Positions 27,301 through 39,300 of a DNA stretch of 64,000 nucleotides are shown here, in pieces. The position numbers and the translations under genes are program-made. How positions within the stretch are numbered: position 1 is the first letter of the stretch; each line of letters begins with the position of its first letter. The notes beneath the pieces are model-generated. The model had not been told where the DNA came from and did not search any database. It saw only the letters and a program-made list of their open reading frames with translations. Origin of the DNA: Macrostomum lignano (Eukaryota); assembly GCA_002269645.1 (NCBI GenBank), contig NIVC01003512.1, positions 1 through 64,000 of the forward strand, given 5' to 3'.

Positions 27301-30300
27301 TGGCTGCTTATTTGCTTGCTGCTTTTGCTTCTGAACTGGCTGTGGCTTCGACAGCACCGGCTGCGGTGGCGGAGGCTTCTTCTGCTGCTGCGGCTGCGGC
27401 TGCGGCGGCTGCGGCAGACGGGACTTCGGCTTGCCAACTGAATGAACAGCGGGTGGTGGAGTTGCGGGAAAGTGCAAGTCACGTGATTAGCGGGTGAAGT
27501 TGGTCAATGGAAGTAAGGGGTAGGGAAGAGAGAAACACATAGGCAGGGTCGGGGGCCGTTATGTAGAAAACAATAGGCTGCTCTGCGATATCCTTGTTGT
27601 TGCGCATGCGTGAGTGAGGCCAGCATATCTGAATTCTTCTGGCTGTGAGACACAATAGAATGCGAAATGAAAGCCGGAGAGTAGAGCTTAAATCATTCTC
27701 CGTCTTCCATACGCTGTCTGATCCTTTTATCTCAACCTCCCAGTCATTGGGTCCACTTCCTATACTGTAGCCGGGAAGTACAACCCAGCACTTCTCAGTT
27801 CCTGTCCTGGCCTATTGTGCCGGTCAATGGTAAAAATTCAGGTAAGAAACAAGAGCGAAATGCATTTTCGGTGAATGGGGTCGCAGATTTGAGGGTACTA
27901 GAATTATCTGTCTCACCTGATTATTTGGAATTTGTAACTGAAATTTGTAGCTTTGCCCCTATTCTAATTCTCCCCCATTCACCAGTGAATCATCCACTTT
28001 CCCATTCACTGGTGAATCATCCGCTCCCTATTCACCAGTGAATCATCCGCTCCCTATTCACCAGTAAATCATCCGCTCCCTATTCACCAGTAAATCATCC
28101 GCTCCCTATTCACCAGTGAATCATCCGCTCCCTATTCACTAGTGAATCATACGCTCCCCATTCACCAGTGAATCATCCGCTCCCTATTCACTGGTGAATC
28201 ATCCGCTCCCCCATTCACTCCCCATTCCTGCCAGACTTACACGTCACCACCTCAACAAAGAACCTGGCGGGAGTTGCCGTCTCGCTGTACTCGTTGTCGG
28301 CCACGGCCGCTCTGCCGTCCGGGGTCAGGCCCACAAAGCTGCCCGGCTGCCTGACGCTCTCCAGGGTAGCTGTGCCCTCCGCCTTCTGCCGGGCAACCCG
28401 GAAGTAGCAGGCCACGTCGCCAGTTCCCTGAATGACGGTCGGGAAATAAAATGAATCAAAGCGGAGTAACCTTAGCTGGCAATCGAGGCGGACTGAAGAG
28501 GGCCAGCTCACCCTGCAGTCGATGACGCCGTCCTTTAAACGCAGAAACTGATCGGGGAACACGACGGACTCGAACAGCCGCACGCTTCCACCGCCGCCGC
28601 CGCTGCCATCGTCGTCTTCGTCTCCGGCCGTGTCGTCGGGGTCGTCTTCGCCAGTCGGGCGCCACACGCGGAACTGCGCCATGGGGCCGCGGCCGCCGGC
28701 GCCGTGCACGCTGTTGTCGTGGTCCAGCGACAGCGCCTGGGTGGCGGAGCAGCCCAGCATCACGACGCCACCGTCGCGCAGGGCGCCTCGGCAGTGCGGC
28801 GCCAGCAGCCGCGCCGGCCCGTCTGACGGGGCGCCCTTCCACTGGCGCGGATCAACGGGGCGACCGTCGGCGGCGAAGCCGACGAACAGCAGCGGGGCGC
28901 GCGCCGCCTCCAGGGACACCGCGGCCAGGGACGGCGGGTGGGCGCGGACTCGAAATTCGGTCTGGGGACTCGGCTTGGCCTGCGGAGCGCAGGGGAAGGA
29001 GCTGATCGGGATTCCGCTGGCTACCCTGACACCCCAACTGTCTACCCTGGCATCCCCAACTGTCTACCCTGGTATCCCCAACTGTATACCCTGACACCCC
29101 AACTGTCTACCCTGGCATCCTCAACTGTCTACCCTGGCATCCCCAACTGTCTATAATTTCAGGGTTCTGAGCTAAAGCCTATATACCAATTTCCTATCTA
29201 AGGGCTTCCCAAATTATGGAACTTGAGTGCTACGTTAAATGCCAAGCGGAAGGCTTTGCTTAATCCCATGGGAGATTAGCGACAAGCTCAGAAGCTAATC
29301 CCTCACGCTGCCGGGAACGGATGCAGAAACTTTTCGAACTGCAGAACTGGCATCGCTAATCTGCACCGAATGCTCGGATGGTCAGGAGAGTATTGAGGCT
29401 GTTCAGGTACATTTCTGTCTGAGCAGTGGGCAAATCTCTTGTGTTCTCATCCTTAGTTTTTCTCCCCCTGCACGACCGGCAGCTCACAGGAATTCAAGCT
29501 CCAGCCACGGCTCGGATATTGATGAGGTGAAAGGGACTGAAAGATGGAAGGGGATAATGACGCTGCGGCAGGTTTGCTCCCCTTGTCAGCTCTCTCCTCT
29601 TCTCCCTGCCTCTTTCTTAACTCAGTCGGACACAGCAGATCGCTCAGTCTGGGGAGGGCGCCACAGAATTAAGAACTGCTCTCTGCCGAGTACATTCGAG
29701 TAGAGCTCAGTGTAAGCAGTCCTGATTGGCAGTTAGTAATTGCTTTGAGCAGGTGCTTCTGTGCTCAATCGTTTGTGACGTAAATTGAGCAAGACAGGAG
29801 CATCGCGCCTGGTCGGCTCGTGAGGAATTCTCACTGCGCGTTTGAAAACTCGCCTGACACCGCGTCTATTTGTGGTGTACTTTTCAATCATTAAGGCTTT
29901 AATTAGTCAATAAAACATATTGAGTTTCCAATTAGAGCTCTCTAGGCGACTTAATTACAGCTCTGGGCTTCGGGATGTTAAGATTTTGCCGGGAGTTTCT
30001 TTGTTTTCGCGCACGGATGCTGCATTGAGTGGCTCCTTCATCGCGAAAACAGCTTTAGACAGTTGCAAGTTGTCAATTTTGCAGCCTCAAAGCTACGATG
30101 GTCAGACGCTGAGAAAGTGTACACAGCCAATGTCTCACCTGGCCAACAATTTGTCCACCGTCGATGGCGAGGTAGCTGCGCTGGCCTGAGCCAGTGTCCG
30201 CTCGGAGGGTCCGCAGCGAGTCTTTCTTGCCGCCGACTGTGAAGAATGCTGCGGTGGTGGGTAGGCCAATTGATAATGTGTCTCTGCCAATTGATAATGT

Positions 30301-33300
30301 GTCTCAGCCAATTGATAATGTGTCTCTGCCAATTGATAATGTGTCTCTGCCAATTGATAATGTGTCTCTGCCAATTGATAATGTGTCTCTGCCAATTGAT
30401 AATGTGTCTCTGCCAATTGATAATGTGTCTCTGCCAATTGATAATGTGTCTCAGCCAATTGATAATGTGTCTCTGCCAATTGATAATGTGTCTCTGCCAA
30501 TTGATAATGTGTCTCTGCCAATTGATAATGTGTCTCAGCCAATTGATAATGTGTCTCAGCCAATTGATAATGTGTCTCTGCCAATTGATAATGTGTCTCT
30601 GCCAATTGATAATGTGTCTCAGCCAATTGATAATGTGTCTCAGCCTATTAATAATGTGTCTCTGCCAATTGATAATGTGTCTCAGCCAATTGATAATGTG
30701 TCTCTGCCAATTGATAATGTGTCTCTGCCTAATAATAATGTGTCTCTGCCAATTGATAATGTGTCTCAGCCTATTAATAATGTGTCTCTGCCAATTGATA
30801 ATGTGTCTCAGCCAATTGATAATGTGTCTCAGCCAATTGATCATGTGTCTCAGCCTAATAATAATGTGTCTCTGCCAATTGATAATGTGTCTCAGCCTAT
30901 TAATAATGTGTCTCTGCCAATTGATAATGTGTCTCAGCCAATTGATAATGTGTCTCAGCCAATTGATAATGTGTCTCTGCCAATTGATAATGTGTCTCAG
31001 CCAATTGATAATGTGTCTCAGCCAATTGATAATGTGTCTCAGCCTAATAATAATGTGTCTCTGCCAATTGATAATGTGTCTCAGCCAATTGATAATGTGT
31101 CTCAGCCAATTGATAATGTGTCTCAGCCAATTGATAATGTGTCTCAGCCAATTGATAATGTGTCTCAGCCAATTGATCATGTGTCTCAGCCTAATAATAA
31201 TGTGTCTCTGCCAATTGATAATGTGTCTCAGCCTATTAATAATGTGTCTCTGCCAATTGATAATGTGTCTCAGCCAATTGATAATGTGTCTCAGCCTATT
31301 AATAATGTGTCTCTGCCAATTGATAATGTGTCTCAGCCTATTAATAATGTGTCTCAGCCAATTGATAATGTGTCTCAGCCTAATAATAATGTGTCTCTGC
31401 CAATTGATAATGTGTCTCAGCCTATTAATAATGTGTCTCTGCCAATTGATAATGTGTCTCAGCCAATTGATAATGTGTCTCAGCCTATTAATAATGTGTC
31501 TCTGCCAATTGATAATGTGTCTCAGCCAATTGATAATGTGTCTCAGCCAATTGATAATGTGTCTCAGCCTAATAATAATGTGTCTCTGCCAATTGATAAT
31601 GTGTCTCAGCCTATTAATAATGTGTCTCTGCCAATTGATAATGTGTCTCAGCCAATTGATAATGTGTCTCAGCCAATTGATCATGTGTCTCAGCCTAATA
31701 ATAATGTGTCTCTGCCAATTGATAATGTGTCTCAGCCTATTAATAATGTGTCTCTGCCAATTGATAATGTGTCTCAGCCAATTGATAATGTGTCTCAGCC
31801 AATTGATAATGTGTCTCTGCCAATTGATAATGTGTCTCAGCCAATTGATAATGTGTCTCAGCCAATTGATAATGTGTCTCAGCCTAATAATAATGTGTCT
31901 CTGCCAATTGATAATGTGTCTCAGCCAATTGATAATGTGTCTCAGCCAATTGATAATGTGTCTCAGCCAATTGATAATGTGTCTCAGCCAATTGATAATG
32001 TGTCTCAGCCAATTGATCATGTGTCTCAGCCTAATAATAATGTGTCTCTGCCAATTGATAATGTGTCTCAGCCTATTAATAATGTGTCTCTGCCAATTGA
32101 TAATGTGTCTCAGCCAATTGATAATGTGTCTCAGCCTATTAATAATGTGTCTCTGCCAATTGATAATGTGTCTCAGCCTATTAATAATGTGTCTCAGCCA
32201 ATTGATAATGTGTCTCAGCCTAATAATAATGTGTCTCTGCCAATTGATAATGTGTCTCAGCCTATTAATAATGTGTCTCTGCCAATTGATAATGTGTCTC
32301 AGCCAATTGATAATGTGTCTCAGCCTATTAATAATGTGTCTCTGCCAATTGATAATGTGTCTCAGCCAATTGATAATGTGTCTCAGCCTATTAATAATGT
32401 GTCTCTGCCAATTGATAATGTGTCTCAGCCAATTGATAATGTGTCTCAGCCAATTGATAATGTGTCTCTGCCAATTGATAATGTGTCTCAGCCAATTGAT
32501 AATGTGTCTCTGCCAATTGATAATGTGTCTCTGCCAATTGATAATGTGTCTCTGCCAATTGATAATGTGTCTCTGCCAATTGATAATGTGTCTCAGCCAA
32601 TTGATAATGTGTCTCTGCCAATTGATAATGTGTCTCTGCCAATTGATAATGTGTCTCTGCCAATTGATAATGTGTCTCTGCCAATTGATAATGTGTCTCT
32701 GCCAATTGATAATGTGTCTCTGCCAATTGATAATGTGTCTCTGCCAATTGATAATGTGTCTCAGCCTATTAATAATGTGTCTCTGCCAATTGATAATGTG
32801 TCTCTGCCAATTGATAATGTGTCTATGCCAATTGATAATGTGTCTCAGCCTATTAATAATGTGTCTCTGCCAATTGATCATGTGTCTCAGCCAATTGATA
32901 ATGTACGCAGTCATGCGCACAGGCACACACTCACACAGGAGTGTACAGCGGCACTAAATTAATTTATCGTTAGGCATGTACACTTCACTGCGCCTTGGGG
33001 GTTGGCCCTCAATGGCGTTAATTGCACAAGCAGAGCCAAGCCACGATTTCAATTTAGCCCCAAATTAATGTGACTGCACTTGGAATCGAGCCTGGGCCGC
33101 TGGGACATCAGAGCGCCGGGCTAAACTACTGATTGTTCACTGATTGTTCACAGCTAATCGGTCACTGATTGTTCACAGCTAATCGGTCACTGATTGTTCA
33201 CAGCTAATCGGTCACTGATTGTTCACAGCTAATCGGTCACTGATTGTTCACAGCTAATCGGTCACTGATTGTTCACAGCTAATCGGTCACTGATTGTTCA

Positions 33301-36300
33301 CAGCTAATCGGTCACTGATTGGTCACAGCTAATCGGTCACTGATTGGTCACAGCTAATCGGTCACTGATTGTTCACGGCTAATCGGTCACTGATTGTTCA
33401 CAGCTAATCGGTCACTGATTGTTCACAGCTAATCGATCACTGATTGGGTCACAGCTAATCGATCACTGATTGTTCACAGCTAATCGGTCACTGATTGGTC
33501 ACAGCTAATCGGTCACTGATTGGTCACAGCTAATTGTTCGCAATGTGTCGAAAATGAATAATCGCTCACAGCTCGGGTCCGAGTCCTCGGCCGACGCGTC
33601 CACGCTGTTGTCCGAATTGATGCGGACCGGCCGGCCAGTCACCCGGCTGTACAGCTGGATGACGGTGTCCGGTTGGAACAGCCAGGCCAGGGACTGCCAG
33701 GCCAGCTTCTCCAGTGGATCCAGCGGAAGTTCCGGTTGCTGTTTTTGCTGCTGTTGCTGCTGCTCCTGCGGCCGCAGCTCCCTGGTGGTCTTGCCGTCCT
33801 CTTCGGCCTCGTCCAGCCACCTTTGCAGGTGACATTGGGAAAAGGGGTTGCCCGAATGTGCGCACTGAGTGTGCATTCTACGAGTAAATGTACACCGAAA
33901 TGTACATTATAGAAGTAAATGTACATTCTAAGTGTAAATGTACATTCTAAGCGCAAATGTACATTCTAAAAGTAAATTTATATTCTAAGAGCAGATGTAC
34001 ATTCATAAGAGCAAATGTACATTCTAAGAGCAAATGTACATTCTAAGAGCAAATGTACATTCTAAGAGCAGATTTGCATTATACTCATAAGAGCAAATGT
34101 ACATTCTAAGAGCAGATGTACATTCTAAGAGTAAACGTGCATTTCATAATGAGTACAATGGTAGCAAAGTGCAGAGCATAGAAGTTATCATAGCCCTCAC
34201 CTGTGACACAAGAAAGTCACTGGCGCGTCCGGCTTCGATGCCGCAGTCACCTGCACGCTGTCCAGGAACCAGCCGTAGCCGGCGCCTTTGCCGTCGTGCC
34301 CGATGACCAGCTTCTTGATGCGGCCGAGGTACACGGCCTCCAGCTCGAACACGTCAGTCTGGGGAGTACCGGGAGTGTGAGTGGATTTTCAAATGCGCCA
34401 CTCTACGGGCAGCATCTTAAAAAAGAAAGTTTCAAAAGAAAACAACTTGAAGAATGCTGCTCGCGAAATATTCCTGTTGCTGACGGCAGCGTGAAAATTC
34501 AATCCGGTTTTAGCGGCCTAATCCCTATTAGCGCGGATTAGCAGGGAATTAGGGTCAGCCGCTGCGACAGCTGTGAAAAATTCGCGATATTTATCCTTAA
34601 AGCTGGCGCATTTGTGTCAGGAGTGAGAAAAAATATATTTTATAAATTTTATTCCTCCTGTTTTTGCTTGCTCAGCTCAAAAAATTTTCTGAGTAAAACA
34701 ACGCCAGAAAAATCTCTTGATGTTTCGCCGTCGGCTGTCACTTCTGCTGCAGCCGATGCTGCCGCTCTTGCTGCAGCTGCTACTGCCTGACATTCAGCCC
34801 GCGACCGCCTGCTCCGCGACCTCAGTTCGCGAAATTCAAAGCAAAATTGTGAACGGCAAGCTGGCTGCAATCCGCTGCTCCGACATCAAGGGAATTCTGC
34901 GCGGCGGCTCGCTGATGGACCCGGCAACCTACATCGAGTGCCTGCCGAACAGCACGGAGCACGCCTGCACCGGCGGCGCCCGGTGTCTCGGCTACCGCTG
35001 CGGCTGCCCGGACGGCCTGGTGTACATCGGTGCCCTCGGCTGCACTGACGTGGACGAGTGCTCGCTGAAGCTGGGCGGCCCGGCCTGCACGGGACCGCAG
35101 GATCGGGTCAGCTGCGTGAACCTTCAGGGCGGATTCGCGTGCAACTGCACCCAGCCGGGCCAGCAGTACCACCCGGAGTGGGGCTGCACCGACTCGCCCG
35201 AGTGCGTCTTCCCCTTCGTCTACAGGGGCAAGCGGTACACCCACTGCACCTCGGCTGACCGCGGCTACCTGTGGTGCGGCCTGAGCGATGATGTGGACCG
35301 CGACAACCGGTGGGTGGCGTGCCCGCTGAGCTACGGCACCGCGCACTGCGTGTTTCCCACGCGCTACCAGGGCGAGCTTCGGTCCGGCTGCTTCGTTGAC
35401 AAGCCGACCGGCAAGCGGCTATGCTCGCTGACCAGCAACTTTGATGCCGATCGGGAGGCTGAGCTATGCATGGAGGTTGCTTAGGCCTACCGGACGTGTC
35501 ACCATCAGCAGCTGTCTGTCATCCTGCGTTTTTTGGTTTCTGGGACAAATCTGTGACTTCTTAATTCCTTCATTTTCAGCGCAGTGTTTTCGTCGAACGC
35601 AGAATTGATAGACTATATGTTTTCATAAATCATTCACTGAGAATTCAAAATTGGCAAGTTGGATTTTAAGTTATAAATGTTTCACAACAAAGCACCATGA
35701 TACTCAAGCGCCAACTAAACTCTTTCGTTGTACTGAACTGATCACGCATGAATATAATTAGTGCAACTCAGCTCAGCATTCATCAAAGTACGCACTGAAT
35801 GTTTTTCTGCCATTTACGAGCGTATTTCAAGCTCGTGTCCTCACCTGGCCCATTTGAAATGGTTGCTGAGCTCCCGACACCGGCCTTGACAGCTTTCGCG
35901 GCCCGGTGTCTCCGTAGTCGCCGAACAGCACGACGCTGACTGCGGCTTCGGTGCTGGCGTTGAAGCAGCTACCGGTGCGAACCTCGACGGTGTACTTTTC
36001 CACTGCAAGGTTTGGGAGAGTTGGGTTCTTGTGGAACTGCATCTCTGTGGCTTGTACACTTGGTGTGGGTTCTTGTGGAACTGCATCTCTGTAGCTTGTA
36101 CACTTGGTGTGGGTTCTTGTGGAACTGCATCTCTGTGGCTTGTACACTTGGTGTGGGTTCTTGTGGAACTGCATCTCTGTGGCTTGTACACTTGGTGTGG
36201 GTTCTTGTGGAACTGCATCTCTGTGGCTTGTACACTTGGTGTGGGTTCTTGTGGTACTGCATCTCTGTGGCTTGTACAGTTGGTGTGGGTTCTTGTGGAT

Positions 36301-39300
36301 CTGCATCTCTGTAGCTTGTACAGTTAGTGTGGGTTCTTGTGGAACTGCATCTCTGTAGCTTGTAAAGTTGGTGTGGGTTCTTGTGGAACTGCATCTCTGT
36401 GGCTTGTACAGTTGGTGTGGGTTCTTGTGGAACTGCATCTCTGTGGCTTGTACTGTTGGTGTGGGTTCTTGTGGAACTGCATCTCTGTGGCTTGTACACT
36501 TGGTGTGGGTTCTTGTGGAACTGCATCTCTGTGGCTTGTACAGCTGGTGTGGATTCTTGTGGAACTGCATCTCTGTGGCTTGTACAGTTGGTGTGGGTTC
36601 TTGTGGAACTGCATCTCTGTGGCTTGTACAGTTGGTGTGGGTTCTTGTGGAACTGCATCTCTGTAGCTTGTACAGTTGGTGTGGATTCTTGTGGAACTGC
36701 ATCTCTGTAGCTTGTACAGTTGGTGTGGATTCTTGTGGATCTGCATCTCTGTAGCTTGTACAGTTGGTGTGGATTCTTGTGGATCTGCATCTCTGTAGCT
36801 TGTACAGTTGGTGTGGATTCTTGTGGAACTGCATCTCTGTAGCTTGTACAGTTGGTGTGGATTCTTGTGGAACTGCATCTCTGTGGCTTGTACAGTTGGT
36901 GTGGGTTCTTGTGGAACTGCATCTCTGTGGCTTGTACAGTTGGTGTGGGTTCTTGTGGAACTGCATTTCTGTGGCTTGTACAGTTGGTGTGGGTTCTTGT
37001 GGAACTGCATCTCTGTGGCTTGTACAGTTGGTGTGGGTTCTTGTGGAACTGCATCTCTGTAGCTTGTACAGTTAGTGTGGGTTCTTGTGGAACTGCATCT
37101 CTGTATAAACTTGAATAGTTATGGATTATTAAGGAACCGGATGCATAAATGTAGAGTTTACAATGGACTTTGAGTTATTTTCATCGATTTTTGCGCAGAA
37201 CCAGAGCTGCAAAATGCACTCTCATTGCTCAGCTGTCGCCAGCAAGCCATTTTTCCATCTCAAACAAAGCCGAGGCAAAAGTCTCCGAGCTCAAAGCAGT
37301 CAAAAGAGGGCAGCAAAAAAAGAAAGCAAAACGGATGAATTAAAAAGCGGCTCTCCAGGACGTGCCCGCCCAGCCCGTCATTCTAAAAGCCCCGGCAACC
37401 TGTGGGTCGCTACATTTTCTCCCTAATTACCCCGCTGCTTAGCCTCTCATTTGCCTGTGTTCTCAACTTCAGGCGGGGCAGCAGATTGCGGCGGAGGCAG
37501 AGCTTTGCCGGAGGAGGAGGAGGATCGCTCTTTGTCCAAAAATGGCGCAGGGAGGCTGGGGTGATGAGGCATCGCGGAAGAAATCTAATATCCCATAGAA
37601 AGACGCTAGTTGCTGGGGGACGGAGTAGCCGTTCACGAGATAAGCATTGATGTCGGATTCGATTTCATTAATTCCCCCCCCCAGCCTCCATCGGATTCTC
37701 CACGGACCTGTCGCCCGAACCGATGGGGGGGGTTCATTTTCCTTATTCGGACAGATTTTCACCTCTGTTGGGTTAATGAGGGCGGGTCAGAGGGGCATGG
37801 ATGGGGAGCTGAGGAAGCAAATTCTGTCGAACGGGGGGAGGCAGTGCATTCTAATTAAACATACTGAACTGGCTCGAAGCTATGTAAGAATATAAAATTG
37901 AGCATGAGAGCCGTGGCGCCCATACAGATACCTATAGATTTGCATAATGGTAAAGCAAAGTCCGGGGCAGCGCTTAAGCACACTATGCCCGAAGCCAATC
38001 AGCCCGGCATCCCGGCAGCTGAAGACTTTTCCAACAATTCTATAATGCCGAGTCCCCGATCCGGCTAGCAGATTAGGGAGTTAATTAAATGCCTGGACTG
38101 AGCCGCGCCAGTTGCCAGGGGGGGATTGACGCATTCGGGGCCTATTAATTACCGCCTCGCGTGCCCCGTGCAGGTGGAGCGGACCCCTGCCGCACATGAC
38201 AGGCTGCCTGTCACTTGAAGGGGAGGCAGGAGAGGCGGCGAGCAAGAGGGCGAGAGCAAACAATACAAATCACCGAGCGAGCTGCAGTCCTGACCTCAGC
38301 TCGGCAACCTCGCTCTCGGAATTCACTGAAGCCCTCTCGTCTCAACTCCCACACGGCCGTATCCAAGTGGTTGCCCAGGCAACCTCCGCCGACCAATTTC
38401 GGGATTCAGGAGACGGATAGCTAGTGTTTTCCCCAGCCAGGAAATGAAGAGCTCTCGATGTCAGTAAAAAACAGGATTTGCAAGTGGACTGGCTGTAACT
38501 ATATATAGTCAGATAGATGGCTGGCTGGGCTATTTACAAAAGTCTGATATATTGTGAGCAAAGAGCGGCTCATTGTGGATATTCATCCTGCAAAAAACTT
38601 GTCATAAAACATGTCCCAGATTTATATACTATTTATAGTCACTCTGCACTGCAGCAGTGGTCAGCAGTCCCAGTCACTCATCTCTGCACTCTGCACTGCA
38701 GCAGTGGTCAGCAGTCCCAGTCACTCATCTCTGTACTCTGCACTGCAGCAGTGGTCAGCAGTCCCAGTAACTCATCTCTGCACTCTGCACTGCAGCAGTG
38801 GTCAGCAGTCCCAGTCACTCATCTCTGCACTCTGCACTGCAGCAGTGGTCAGCAGTCCCAGTCACTCATCTCTGCACTCTGCACTGCAGCAGTGGTCAGC
38901 AGTCCCAGTCACTCATCTCTGCACTCTGCACTGCAGCAGAGGTCAGCAGTCCCAGTCACTCATCTCTGCACTCTGCACTGCAGCAGTGGTCAGCAGTCCC
39001 AGTCACTCATCTCTGCACTCTGCACTGCAGCAGAGGTCAGCAGTCCCAGTCACTCATCTCTGCACTCTGCACTGCAGCAGAGGTCAGCAGTCCCAGTCAC
39101 TCATCTCTGTACTCTGCACTGCAGCAGAGGTCAGCAGTCCCAGTCACTCATCTCTGTACTCTGCACTGCAGCAGAGGTCAGCAGTCCCAGTCACTCATCT
39201 CTGCACTCTGCACTGCAGCAGAGGTCAGCAGTCCCAGTCACTCACTAGGCAGAGGCCTGGCGCCCTCCCGCACTGCTGGCAGCTCCTTGCTGGGCTCGCA

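Noticed and set aside
28428-28511. In-frame peptide VSWPSSVRLDCQLRLLRFDSFYFPTVIQ
   Set aside because: 84-nt GTGAGC...TTCAG intron that happens to lack stops; treated as intron 9
30038-32962. 900+ aa ORFs on both strands (PIDNVSL / HIINWQR / CQLIMCL repeats)
   Set aside because: Artefact of a stop-free 21-nt unit; the region is intron 7 of the RP1-like gene
35827-37118. Many overlapping repetitive ORFs
   Set aside because: Translations of the 44-bp array; only 36002-35845 is a real exon
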